In this document: piece by piece, positions 10,677 to 20,434 of the stretch
Layout: each line of letters opens with the position of its first letter
How positions within the stretch are numbered: the stretch's first letter is position 1
Source of the DNA: Lachnospiraceae bacterium
GTDB lineage: Bacteria; Bacillota; Clostridia; Lachnospirales; Lachnospiraceae
DNA: 64,000 bases
Assembly: GCA_963666475.2 (NCBI GenBank)
Contig: CAXXJM010000001.1
Coordinates: 630,019 to 694,018, forward strand
Direction of reading: 5' to 3'
Notes under the pieces: model-generated
Databases searched by the model: none
What the model saw: the letters and a program-made list of their open reading frames with translations, nothing else
Told to the model about the DNA's origin: nothing
Position numbers and translations under genes: made by a program

Positions 10677-10705
10677 ATTATAACTAATTTCAACTGGTTT
10701 TGCAA
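10677..10705 (-). promoter_or_regulatory. Near-consensus sigma-A promoter of the 6S-like RNA
   Basis: On the minus strand: TTGCAA (10705-10700), 17 nt, TATAAT (10682-10677). A G at about +1 (10670) coincides with the start of the closing helix. Confidence 0.65.
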
Positions 10706-10730
10706 GTTGACGTGATAAAGCAGCAAGTAT

Positions 10731-10758
10731 AAAAAGAAACGCCCCGTCTCCGAGGCGT
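10731..10758 (-). terminator. Rho-independent terminator of pckA
   Basis: On the minus strand: ACGCCTC-GGAGAC-GGGGCGT followed by TTTCTTTTT, 8 nt after the pckA stop. Confidence 0.75.
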
Positions 10759-10766
10759 CCTTGTTA

Positions 10767-12455
10767 TCAATGTTCTTTTAATGTTGAAACCTCTTTAAAA
10801 ACTTTTTTTAGCGCATCTTCCGCATCAGCAGGCAAAGCATTATATCCTTCGTCCAAGTTCTCAAGTTCCATGACATAGTCTAATCGATCTTTCATACGAT
10901 CCACTAATGCATCAACATAAGCTGGATCTGACAATTCTGGAACAAACCCTTCCCAATTCATAATTTCAATATCCGAAAATGGTCCCCAAGGTTCAAATTT
11001 CGCTTTTCCATCTACAATTGTTTCAATAATACCTAACGTATCTTCTTTTTGAACTTTTTTGCCCATAAAGTCGCCGGTATTAATAATATAACAATCCACA
11101 TGCATGTCTGAAAATAAAGTTTTAAATTTTTCGTAATCATTTACTAATGGATATGTTCGAAATGGGTTTGCATATGGTTCAACAACCAATTTGTGAGGAT
11201 CTACACCTTTTGCCAATCGTTCTGCGGAGGTCCTTTTCGTAGCAAGAGTAGCCCCCATTACGGATGCTAATGAAGAACCTTTCAATCGAACCACTGGTGG
11301 AAGAGTTGCATCTTTCATTATCCAGAAAATTGCATTTGCCGGAGCATGAAATTTATCTTGTCGGTTTGTAGACCATAACTTGGATTTAATAGCTCTACCG
11401 TTTCCGTTTCGAATATCTTCCGTTACAATTTCGATTTTCCCTTCTGAATCCAAGGTTGCGGAACAATTTTGTACCGTCAAAAGATATTTGTTCTCTTCAC
11501 TTCCGGTTGGATAGTCATTTGTCTTATCAAAATATGCAGGCTCCAGTGCGACCGAAGAACCATCGGTTGCGCTGATTAAGAAAGCATCGTCATGTAAAAC
11601 TTTTATTTGTGCATATTTATTATTGTGTTTTGCATGAGTAATGGTCGACTTTCCTGAACCAGAAAGACCAAACACACCCACTACAAACTTTGAGCCATCC
11701 TCTTTTATATACTCTTTTTGTCCACCATGACATGCAGCATATCCGTGCCTGTTTCCTAGCGCCCATGCAAGAGTCAACGTGCCCTTTTTATGCTCCCCGA
11801 AGTATTTCATTCCTAAAAGTGCAACACAATTTGCTTCCGTATGAAAGAAAGATAGACAGTCCTTTGCACAGTACTCATCCGATGATACACCTTTCCATCC
11901 CGGATCCGAAAAAATATAGATATCTGGTTCATCAAATTGGCGTGATTCCTTATACATTTCCTGGTACCCTCTGCATGTATATTGAAAATTCAGCATCCAA
12001 TCATACAACAGATTTTCTTCTCCTTCTGGAATCAGCAAATGTGCTTTCACCATAAAATCCGGATCCAACCCAATGAAAACTTCGGAATGATACATTTTCT
12101 TATAACGCGATTCATAAACTGCAGACATAAGAATTTTGTTAAGCTCACCCTGGTTTACACCGGGTTTACCAACAATTCTTCTTGCGGCTGCATAACGTCC
12201 GGTTATTGCACCATCATTGAACAAAAGAATTTTAGCATCTTTGTCTAAACCAATTTCTTCTGCACGATGAACCGGCATATCTGTAACGATTGTTCCTGGA
12301 GAATGATACGCTAATTTGTATGCTTCTCGTAAGGATGTAACTTTTACAACATTGTTTCCATAAAACGCGGCTTCAATGATTGCACGTGTTGAACTGGTAA
12401 ACCCTGTTTTGCCTTTTCCAATCTCGCTGATTGGGTAGTATGCTTTCGTTGACAT
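10767..12455 (-). CDS. pckA: Phosphoenolpyruvate carboxykinase (ATP)-family protein, divergent
   Basis: 562 aa. Kinase-1a P-loop FGLSGSGKST, GMKYFGEHKKG (cf. GGTxYxGEMKKG), C-terminal INTGDFMGKK (cf. VNTGWNG). HDDAF occupies the position of the usual GDDEHGW. Confidence 0.65.
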   Translation of the reverse strand: MSTKAYYPISEIGKGKTGFTSSTRAIIEAAFYGNNVVKVTSLREAYKLAYHSPGTIVTDMPVHRAEEIGLDKDAKILLFNDGAITGRYAAARRIVGKPGVNQGELNKILMSAVYESRYKKMYHSEVFIGLDPDFMVKAHLLIPEGEENLLYDWMLNFQYTCRGYQEMYKESRQFDEPDIYIFSDPGWKGVSSDEYCAKDCLSFFHTEANCVALLGMKYFGEHKKGTLTLAWALGNRHGYAACHGGQKEYIKEDGSKFVVGVFGLSGSGKSTITHAKHNNKYAQIKVLHDDAFLISATDGSSVALEPAYFDKTNDYPTGSEENKYLLTVQNCSATLDSEGKIEIVTEDIRNGNGRAIKSKLWSTNRQDKFHAPANAIFWIMKDATLPPVVRLKGSSLASVMGATLATKRTSAERLAKGVDPHKLVVEPYANPFRTYPLVNDYEKFKTLFSDMHVDCYIINTGDFMGKKVQKEDTLGIIETIVDGKAKFEPWGPFSDIEIMNWEGFVPELSDPAYVDALVDRMKDRLDYVMELENLDEGYNALPADAEDALKKVFKEVSTLKEH

Positions 12456-12667
12456 TTCTCTCCTCCTATTATTTCTTGTTTATATTTTCACTGCCACTGC
12501 AGTTTCATACATAAATAAATGAAAGATTCGAAATCGTCAGTCAAATAATAGGCTGATGTCTCTTATATAAAAATTATTGCAGATTCAACAAAATATGTCA
12601 ACTTATTAAAAAGAAATTGTGCAAATATTCTTTAATATTTGTACATTCTCAAAAATTATCATACAAA

Positions 12668-14461
12668 TCAGATAGATGCAGTGTATTTTTTTAGCCATTC
12701 TTTCTCGTCATCTGATAAATACGGACTAATCCTTTGATACACTTCCATCTGATATTGATTTATTTGTTCTATCACATTCTTTGAAAGATATTTTACATCT
12801 AAGATATTGGAATCAAGAGGAACATAAGTCAAAGGTTCAAAATGTAAAAACGTCCCATACTCAGTTTCCATATAGGTTTTACATAATTCGATGTTTTCAA
12901 TTCGAATCCCGTAATTATGATCCAGATAATAACCTGGCTCATTGCTTGTTACCATGCCATCCTCAAATTCGATTTCTTCCATGTCTTTGATATATTTCCA
13001 TCGAATATTCTGTGGACCTTCATGTACATTTAAAACATAACCTACACCATGACCGGTTCCATGTCGATAATCCAAGCCCTTCTTCCATAAAGGTTGTCTG
13101 GCAAGAATATCGATGTTTCGTCCAGTTGATCCTTTTGCAAAAACTGCATTCTGTAAAGAAAGCATTCCTTCGCATACGTTAGCATAATGCTCCTTTAGCT
13201 CTTCAGAGACAGGACCAAGTGCAATTGTTCTCGTTACATCCGTTGTTCCTTTTTTATATTGCCCTCCAGAATCGACCATTAATACTCCATGATTTTTCAA
13301 AACAGTTTCCGTCTCACCTGGTTCATAATGTATAATTGCAGCATGTTCTTGATACGCACTAATTGTCGGAAATGATAAATCTATGAATCCCGGAATTTCT
13401 TTTCGTAAATCATCGATTTTTTGTGCCGCAGAGACTTCAGTTTGCACCTCTGTTTGACCTTCATGTAGAATCCAATAAATAAATTTAGTAACCGCCACAG
13501 AATCTTGTAAATATATTTCTTTTAAATTCTTTTGCTCAATTTCATTTTTTCTTGCTTTAAGAAGTTCTGTCGGATTAGAGACATCAACATATTTACGAGA
13601 TTCATCAATCTTTTTAAATAATGTAAAGTTCACATTTTTCAAGTCGATTTCCAGAATATGTCCAAGTTGTTCTGTCTCAATGTAACTAAAAATTTCTGAA
13701 TACGGACGATATTTTATTCCTTGATCTGTAAAATATTTCTGCAGTTCCTTGGTCAAAGAATCCTGCTGTAAAAAGATGAGTGAGGTATCCTCAGAAATAT
13801 ATGCATAAGAAAGCATTACTGGATTATATGCGATATCATTCGCACGAATATTAAATAGCCACATGATATCATCCAACTTACTTAGCACTAGTGCTTCTGC
13901 TCCATTCTCACGCACCACATCTAATACTCTGTTTTTTTTATCACTGAAAACCTCTCCTGAAAACTCATTGTCAAGCACCCACCCTTCTGTCGAAGGGAGC
14001 GCTGGGCGATCATTCCAGATGGCTTCTGCTACATCAATCTCATAATTAATCTTTGCATTCTTATTTAAAGCAATGGATTCCATTTTTTTGCCAAATCCTG
14101 CAGACATTGTTTTTCCATGAAAACCAATACATTCGCCATTCTTAATATTGGATTCCAAATATTCTAATGTCGTTGGGACTTCCGGCTCTCCCATTTTAAA
14201 CAAATCTATTCCGGTTCCTGCAAGCTGTTCTTCCGCTTGTAGAAAATATCTTCCATCCGTCCATAAACCCGCCCGAGATTTTGAAATCACTAACGTTCCA
14301 TTGGAACCATTAAATCCCGAAACATACTCTCTTACTTTAAAGTAATCACACACATATTCAGACATATGCTCATCGCTCGTTGGAATAACCATATAATCAA
14401 CTTGTTCTTTCTCCAAATATGCACGCAATCGCTTCAAGCGTTCGATAACTTTACCATTCAT
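12668..14461 (-). CDS. Xaa-Pro aminopeptidase (M24B, aminopeptidase P family)
   Basis: Motifs HGTGHGVGYVLNVHEGP and SNEPGYY. Start moved to MNGKVIERL (ATG 14461), which follows AGGAGAG; the longer ORF-track start would overlap the deoC 3' end. Confidence 0.85.
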   Translation of the reverse strand: MNGKVIERLKRLRAYLEKEQVDYMVIPTSDEHMSEYVCDYFKVREYVSGFNGSNGTLVISKSRAGLWTDGRYFLQAEEQLAGTGIDLFKMGEPEVPTTLEYLESNIKNGECIGFHGKTMSAGFGKKMESIALNKNAKINYEIDVAEAIWNDRPALPSTEGWVLDNEFSGEVFSDKKNRVLDVVRENGAEALVLSKLDDIMWLFNIRANDIAYNPVMLSYAYISEDTSLIFLQQDSLTKELQKYFTDQGIKYRPYSEIFSYIETEQLGHILEIDLKNVNFTLFKKIDESRKYVDVSNPTELLKARKNEIEQKNLKEIYLQDSVAVTKFIYWILHEGQTEVQTEVSAAQKIDDLRKEIPGFIDLSFPTISAYQEHAAIIHYEPGETETVLKNHGVLMVDSGGQYKKGTTDVTRTIALGPVSEELKEHYANVCEGMLSLQNAVFAKGSTGRNIDILARQPLWKKGLDYRHGTGHGVGYVLNVHEGPQNIRWKYIKDMEEIEFEDGMVTSNEPGYYLDHNYGIRIENIELCKTYMETEYGTFLHFEPLTYVPLDSNILDVKYLSKNVIEQINQYQMEVYQRISPYLSDDEKEWLKKYTASI

Positions 14462-14462
14462 A

Positions 14463-15134
14463 TTAATACTCTCCTGCAACCTGTTTTTCATTTTTCAACA
14501 GTCCTACAGCTTTTGAAGTTCCGATACGATCACATCCAGCATTCAGAAAAGCTTCTAAATCTGAAACAGAACTTACGCCTCCGGCCGCTTTAATTTTAAC
14601 ATTTGGTCCAATATGTTCTTTGAACAAAAGCACATCCTCCATAGTTGCACCATCCGTTCCAAATCCAGTTGAAGTTTTTATATAGTCCGCACCTGCATTC
14701 GTAACCAATTCGCACATTTTAATTTTTTCTTCTTTCGTTAAATAGCATGTTTCGATGATTACTTTTAAAATTTTATCACCAACTATTTGTTTTAAAGTGC
14801 GAATTTCGGATTCAATTTTATCATACTGTTTATTTTTTAAATCGCAAATATTAATTACCATATCAATTTCACTTGCGCCATCTTTTAATGCAACACGTGT
14901 CTCTTCAGCTTTACTTTCTGTAACAGCATATCCAAGTGGGAACCCAACCACTGTACATATATTGATTCGATCTTGGTAAGTCTCTTTAATTTTCTTTATA
15001 TAGCAAGGTGGGATGCATACACTTGCCGTGCCATATTCTGCAGCCTCATCACATATTTTTTGAATATCTTCCCAAGTTGTAAAAGCCTTTAAAATCGTAT
15101 GATCCACATGTGCCAACATTTCTTTATTTGTCAT
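14463..15134 (-). CDS. deoC: Deoxyribose-phosphate aldolase
   Basis: 223 aa. Motifs IKTSTGF and KAAGG are typical of DeoC. Confidence 0.9.
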   Translation of the reverse strand: MTNKEMLAHVDHTILKAFTTWEDIQKICDEAAEYGTASVCIPPCYIKKIKETYQDRINICTVVGFPLGYAVTESKAEETRVALKDGASEIDMVINICDLKNKQYDKIESEIRTLKQIVGDKILKVIIETCYLTKEEKIKMCELVTNAGADYIKTSTGFGTDGATMEDVLLFKEHIGPNVKIKAAGGVSSVSDLEAFLNAGCDRIGTSKAVGLLKNEKQVAGEY

Positions 15135-15316
15135 AATTTTTCCCTTTCATTAAAAACAATTTTAAAATAACCACTAGTATTAGTTTAATACGAAAGAGAA
15201 AAAAAATCCATTTTATTTTTAACAATCTGTTTTATAGAGAAATATTGTATACTTGCATAAATATAAATATTCATGATATGATAAGAATGCTGACACTTAC
15301 GAAAGGAGAAACATGA

Positions 15317-16687
15317 ATGAACGAAACAAGATACCCAGCAGAAATTTCTGAGGCGATGAAACATTGGGCCCAACTGACAGAAACCGCAAACCATATTGAA
15401 CCAGAAAAATATCTGACCTATGATGTAAAGCGAGGTTTACGAGATCTTGATGGAAAAGGTGTGCTTGCAGGTCTAACAAATATTTCAGATGTAAAAGCAA
15501 AGAAAATCATTGACGGAAAAGAAATTCCAACGCATGGCAAACTTCATTATCGCGGTATAAATGTAGAAGAAATCATACAAGGTTTCACCTCTGAAAATCG
15601 ATTTGGATTTGAAGAAACTACATATCTTCTACTTTTTGGCAAGCTTCCATCAAAGCAGGAACTTACTTCTTTTACAGAAACACTTGGAAATTATAGAAAT
15701 CTTCCAACCAGCTTCGTCCGCGACATCATCATGACCGCTCCAAGCAAAGATATGATGAATACACTCGCACGTTCCGTACTTACATTGTATTCTTACGATC
15801 CTAATGCCGATGATATTTCCATAGAGAATGTACTAAGACAGTCTTTACAATTAATTAGCATTGTACCTCTATTATCTATTTATGGCTACCAAGCATATAG
15901 TCATTATCATGATGGAAACAGTTTTTTTATTCACAAGCCAAACAAAGAATTATCAACAGCAGAAAATATCTTATACCTTCTGCGTCCAGACTATAAATAT
16001 ACCCCATTGGAAGCAAAGATTTTAGACATTGCACTTGTTTTACACATGGAACATGGTGGTGGAAACAATTCTTCATTTACAACGCATGTGGTAACCTCAT
16101 CCTATACCGATACCTACTCAACAATTGCTGCTGCAATTGGTTCACTAAAAGGGCCGAGACACGGAGGTGCCAATATAAAAGTATCTCATATGTTTGATGA
16201 CTTAAAATTAAATGTTGAAGATATTGAAAATGAGGAACAGGTAGCTGCTTACCTACAAAGCCTTTTAGATAAAAAAGGTTTTGATCAAACTGGCCTAATT
16301 TATGGTGTTGGACATGCAGTATATTCTTTAAGCGATCCACGAGCAGTAATTTTCAAAAATTATGTTGCCGCTCTGTCGAAAGAAAAGGGATTGGAAAAAG
16401 AGTTTGCATTATACGAAATGGTAGAACGTTTAGCTCCTGAATTGATTGAAAAGAAACGAAAAATCTATAAAGGTGTCTCTGTAAATGTAGATTTCTACTC
16501 TGGATTTGTCTATAGTATGCTGAAACTTCCTGAAGAGCTCTACACTCCTATTTTTGCGATTGCACGAATGGTAGGCTGGTGCGCACATCGAATGGAAGAA
16601 TTATCAAATCAATCAAAAATTATTCGTCCTGCATATAAACCAGTTACAACAGATATTCCATACGTTAATTTAAACGATAGAAACTAA
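15317..16687 (+). CDS. Citrate synthase (citrate/2-methylcitrate synthase family)
   Basis: 456 aa. Motifs LVLHMEHGGGNNS, GPRHGGAN, GVGHAVYSLSDPRA. Confidence 0.9.
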   Translation: MNETRYPAEISEAMKHWAQLTETANHIEPEKYLTYDVKRGLRDLDGKGVLAGLTNISDVKAKKIIDGKEIPTHGKLHYRGINVEEIIQGFTSENRFGFEETTYLLLFGKLPSKQELTSFTETLGNYRNLPTSFVRDIIMTAPSKDMMNTLARSVLTLYSYDPNADDISIENVLRQSLQLISIVPLLSIYGYQAYSHYHDGNSFFIHKPNKELSTAENILYLLRPDYKYTPLEAKILDIALVLHMEHGGGNNSSFTTHVVTSSYTDTYSTIAAAIGSLKGPRHGGANIKVSHMFDDLKLNVEDIENEEQVAAYLQSLLDKKGFDQTGLIYGVGHAVYSLSDPRAVIFKNYVAALSKEKGLEKEFALYEMVERLAPELIEKKRKIYKGVSVNVDFYSGFVYSMLKLPEELYTPIFAIARMVGWCAHRMEELSNQSKIIRPAYKPVTTDIPYVNLNDRN

Positions 16688-16690
16688 AAA

Positions 16691-16716
16691 AACAACCGAC
16701 AAATCTGTCGGTTGTT
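16691..16716. terminator. Bidirectional terminator between convergent citrate synthase and thrC genes
   Basis: AACAACCGACA-AATC-TGTCGGTTGTT flanked by A6 and T6 runs. Confidence 0.8.
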
Positions 16717-16744
16717 TTTTATATTTATACATAATATTCATTAA

Positions 16745-18238
16745 TTATTTACTTACATGCAAAAAATCTAAAACAACTTTTTCCATCTCATTCACTTCAC
16801 AAACTGTATCGTGAAGAATTTCAGCATTTCGTATTTCTTCCACTGCATTTGGAACTTTAACGTTTGCTATTTCAGATAGACGATCCACCTTCTCAAAATC
16901 ATCCGTCAAATCACTATCTTCTCCAAGTGCCTCCATGACACTTCCTGTAAATTTAAATGGGCTAGCTGTCGAAACAACTACCGTCGTTGTTGTATCTTGT
17001 GATAAAGTTTTATATTTCTCATAAACAGCTGATGCAACAGCGGTATGTGTATCAATCACATATCCAGTGTCCTGATATAAGTCTTTTATTCTCTTTGCTG
17101 TTTCCTTCTCGGTTGCATAATCTCCAATAAAATCAGCCAATTCAGCCTTCATATCTTCTGTTATGGAATACATTCCATTTGTTCGCAGATGATTCATTAA
17201 TTCTGCACATTTCGCCGTATCATTGCCAGCTATATGATATAAAAGACGTTCCAAATTTGAAGAAACCAATATGTCCATAGATGGTGAGGTTGTCAATATG
17301 AAATCGCGGTTTCTATCATAAGTTCCCGACTCAAAGAAATCAAATAATACTTTGTTTTCATTTGATGCACAAATAAGTTTATGAATTGGAACCCCAATCT
17401 GTTTTGCATAATAAGCTGCAAGAATATTCCCAAAGTTACCTGTAGGAACAACAACATTCATGGTTTTGCCCTGATCTATTTTAGATTCATTTAATAACTG
17501 TGTATACGCATAAACATAATATACAATTTGCGGAACCAATCTACCGATATTAATAGAGTTTGCAGAAGAAAATTGGAACCCTGATTCATCGAGCAATTGA
17601 TTTAATTCTTTGCTAGAGAAAAGTTCTTTTACACCAGTTTGAGCATCATCAAAATTTCCACGAATACCAACTACATGAGTATTCTCGCCTTTTTGTGTAA
17701 TCATCTGTTTTTCTTGAATCTGGCTAACTCCATCTTTTGGATAGAAAACAATAATTTTTGCGCCTTCAACACCTGCAAATCCAGCCAAAGCAGCTTTTCC
17801 AGTATCTCCAGACGTTGCGGTCAAAATAACAATTTCATTTTTTGCTTGTTGTTTCTTTGCTGATGTAATCATTAAATGAGGCAATATTGAAAGTGCCATA
17901 TCTTTAAATGCAATGGTGGAGCCATGAAATAACTCTAGGAAATAAGCGTCATCCGCATGCACTAATGGAGCAATTATGTCAGTATCGAATTTTTCATCGT
18001 ATGCACGGTTGATACAGGACATTAATTCTTCTTTTGTAAAATCTGAGAAGAATAATTTCATAACTTCATATGCCACTTGTTGATATGACATATCTTTTAA
18101 CTGTTCAAAGGTAACATCAAGTTTTGGTAGTGATTCTGGAACAAATAGTCCTCCATCATTTGCCAGCCCCTTTAAAATTGCTTCTGAAGCAGTAACGTTT
18201 GCTTCACCACCACGCGTACTTCTATACAATACTTCCAT
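16745..18238 (-). CDS. thrC: Threonine synthase (long form)
   Basis: 497 aa. Begins MEVLYRSTRGGE; PLP-lysine region ELFHGSTIAFKDMAL. Confidence 0.9.
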   Translation of the reverse strand: MEVLYRSTRGGEANVTASEAILKGLANDGGLFVPESLPKLDVTFEQLKDMSYQQVAYEVMKLFFSDFTKEELMSCINRAYDEKFDTDIIAPLVHADDAYFLELFHGSTIAFKDMALSILPHLMITSAKKQQAKNEIVILTATSGDTGKAALAGFAGVEGAKIIVFYPKDGVSQIQEKQMITQKGENTHVVGIRGNFDDAQTGVKELFSSKELNQLLDESGFQFSSANSINIGRLVPQIVYYVYAYTQLLNESKIDQGKTMNVVVPTGNFGNILAAYYAKQIGVPIHKLICASNENKVLFDFFESGTYDRNRDFILTTSPSMDILVSSNLERLLYHIAGNDTAKCAELMNHLRTNGMYSITEDMKAELADFIGDYATEKETAKRIKDLYQDTGYVIDTHTAVASAVYEKYKTLSQDTTTTVVVSTASPFKFTGSVMEALGEDSDLTDDFEKVDRLSEIANVKVPNAVEEIRNAEILHDTVCEVNEMEKVVLDFLHVSK

Positions 18239-18337
18239 TATAAACTCCTTTTGCTATATTTATGCATAAATTTTTTCTATGTTCTAATATAGCATACTTG
18301 TTTTTTTAAAGCAATGATTTATTCCATCATAATTTCT

Positions 18338-18366
18338 TTGCTACAAGAATGCTTAACTGATATAAT
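18338..18366 (+). promoter_or_regulatory. Promoter for the AraC / double-AP2 gene pair
   Basis: TTGCTA (18338-18343), 17 nt, TATAAT (18361-18366). Confidence 0.5.
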
Positions 18367-18409
18367 TAGTACATAATCTACATGTTTAATACTTTTTCGA
18401 GGAGGTCCC

Positions 18410-19621
18410 ATGATTTATTCAACCACAGGTCAACTTCATATCAATTTCTTGCAATTCACTTTTACTTCATTTTATTACTCAACCGGATATCCCATTGCCT
18501 TTTTGTCGTCAAACGATTCATTAGACACTTTTTTTCCTACTACCTATCTATTTGAACCATATCCAAATTACTTAAAAGAAATGATCCATCCATATTTACA
18601 TCAAATTGAAATGAACCGAACACATGTTGTCCCACTCTTATCCGACGATATGATCTTAATTTTTCCAATTTCAAACAAGGGTAATTATTTAGGTACAATA
18701 ATTGTTGGTCCTATACTAATTGAGAACGCAAAAAAAGTTCCACATTCGAATGAACTTATCGCTCATTATCTAGACAACTTAACAATTATTCATGACTTTC
18801 AAGTTCCTCATATCGTTAATCTTATGAATTTAATTTTTTTGTCTTCATTTTACATTCCCACAAGTTTTGCAGCTTACCCTCAAACAAAAAATGAAGAAAA
18901 TCTCATTACTCCAGGAAACAAACAACTTTCCAATCAATACATTCATCATACAATGGATGAAGAAGAAACCATTGTACGTCAGATACTGTCATCCGATGAA
19001 ACCTTATATGATATCGCGGTAAATGCCTTGTCTGGTATGAAAAATATGGTTGTTCCACCTTTAGCAAACAATCCATTACGTTCTGAAAAGAATCGTTTCA
19101 TCGTATCCGCAACGGTTTTATCTCGTGAAGCTATCAAACTAGGTTTACCATCAGAAATTTCATTTAGTCACTCAGACCAATTCATAAATGATATGGAGAA
19201 TTGCGAAACACTAAGAGAAATCGCCAATTTACAGAATGAAATGAATCATTTTTATCGTAATGAAATCCAAAAGAACAAATCTAGAATTCGTCAAACATCA
19301 GTCACTTCGATTTTAATCTCATATATCGAAAACAACATAGAAACAAATTGTTCTCTCCAGGAAATTTGCAAACAGTTAAAACTCGACTACAAGTATGCAT
19401 CAAATTCATTTATCAAAGATACGGGTATAGGATTTAACAAGTATCTAAACAAAGAAAAAATAAAAGTTGCAAAACGCGAGCTTTCTATTTCCGAAAGCCC
19501 TATTCAGGAGATTGCAACGCTTTTAGGTTATAATAGTTCCTACTATTTTTCACGAGCATTTAAATTAGCTACAGGTCAGACTCCAAGCGAGTACCGAAAA
19601 CGTACAACAATCACTCCTTAA
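18410..19621 (+). CDS. AraC-family transcriptional regulator with uncharacterised ~290-aa N-terminal domain
   Basis: C-terminal double HTH (ICKQLKLDYKYASNSFIKDTG...IQEIATLLGYNSSYYFSRAFKLATGQTPSEYR). I do not recognise the N-terminal part. Confidence 0.8.
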   Translation: MIYSTTGQLHINFLQFTFTSFYYSTGYPIAFLSSNDSLDTFFPTTYLFEPYPNYLKEMIHPYLHQIEMNRTHVVPLLSDDMILIFPISNKGNYLGTIIVGPILIENAKKVPHSNELIAHYLDNLTIIHDFQVPHIVNLMNLIFLSSFYIPTSFAAYPQTKNEENLITPGNKQLSNQYIHHTMDEEETIVRQILSSDETLYDIAVNALSGMKNMVVPPLANNPLRSEKNRFIVSATVLSREAIKLGLPSEISFSHSDQFINDMENCETLREIANLQNEMNHFYRNEIQKNKSRIRQTSVTSILISYIENNIETNCSLQEICKQLKLDYKYASNSFIKDTGIGFNKYLNKEKIKVAKRELSISESPIQEIATLLGYNSSYYFSRAFKLATGQTPSEYRKRTTITP

Positions 19622-19640
19622 CGAAAGGATTTTACCTATA

Positions 19641-20426
19641 ATGAAAAAAGGTGTATATCAGGCAACAAAAAAAGACGGCACACAGTACTATCGGTCGTCT
19701 TTCACATATCTCGCAAACCATATCAGTCTTGGTAGTTTTTTGTCCGAAGAAGACGCTCATCAATGCTATCTTGAAGCCAATTCTCTGATTAATACTACTT
19801 CAATAAAAATCGATGATCATAGAGCATCAAACTATCTGACCTTTCGCAAATGGGTCACTTTAATAAATTTGCGCGATAATCACATTTATTTTCCTTCACC
19901 GATTTACGTACGCAGCAGCTTTTTTAGTTACTTTTTAGATGAACATATTGAATTAAAGTTTGATATGGAAGATTTGTTTTACTATTCCAACAAACAAATT
20001 ATGCGAAGAAATGGGCATCTTTTTGTATCGGACTATGGAATGCAAGTCAATATTTTAAATCGCTATGGAATTAAAAATTACGGGGTCAAAGAAATAGATT
20101 ATGTTTTTGTAAATGGAGACGATACCGATTTTAGATATTCAAATATTAAAATAAAAAACATTTATCATGGCGTTCGTGAAATTTTAATAGATGGAAACAA
20201 AAAATTTCAAACACGGATACACATCAATGGCTACTATGTCATAGGTATTTATGATACCAATATTGAAGCTGCGATTGCCTACAATAAAGCCGTTGATATA
20301 TTAAATCAAAATGGAAACGCAAAAAAATATATGACAAATTTTATTGATGAGATTACGAACAAAAAATATGCAGAAATATATATTAAAATACCTATTTCCG
20401 AAAAAATTATGACGTATCAATTCTAA
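19641..20426 (+). CDS. Double AP2-domain DNA-binding protein with central degenerate HNH-like segment
   Basis: N-terminal KGVYQATKKDGTQYYRSSFTYLANHISLGSFLSEEDAHQCYLEA and C-terminal HGVREILIDGNKKFQTRIHINGYYVIGIYDTNIEAAIAYNKA both fit the AP2 pattern GV..(beta sheet)..LG.F...eeA..aY..A. Starts 19 nt after the AraC gene. Confidence 0.6.
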   Translation: MKKGVYQATKKDGTQYYRSSFTYLANHISLGSFLSEEDAHQCYLEANSLINTTSIKIDDHRASNYLTFRKWVTLINLRDNHIYFPSPIYVRSSFFSYFLDEHIELKFDMEDLFYYSNKQIMRRNGHLFVSDYGMQVNILNRYGIKNYGVKEIDYVFVNGDDTDFRYSNIKIKNIYHGVREILIDGNKKFQTRIHINGYYVIGIYDTNIEAAIAYNKAVDILNQNGNAKKYMTNFIDEITNKKYAEIYIKIPISEKIMTYQF

Positions 20427-20434
20427 GCAATCAT

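Noticed and set aside
15185-15500. Small minus-strand ORFs (69 and 67 aa) around the citrate synthase start.
   Set aside because: They overlap the citrate synthase promoter and 5' coding region. They have Cys/Phe/Leu-rich nonsense-like sequences and no RBS.
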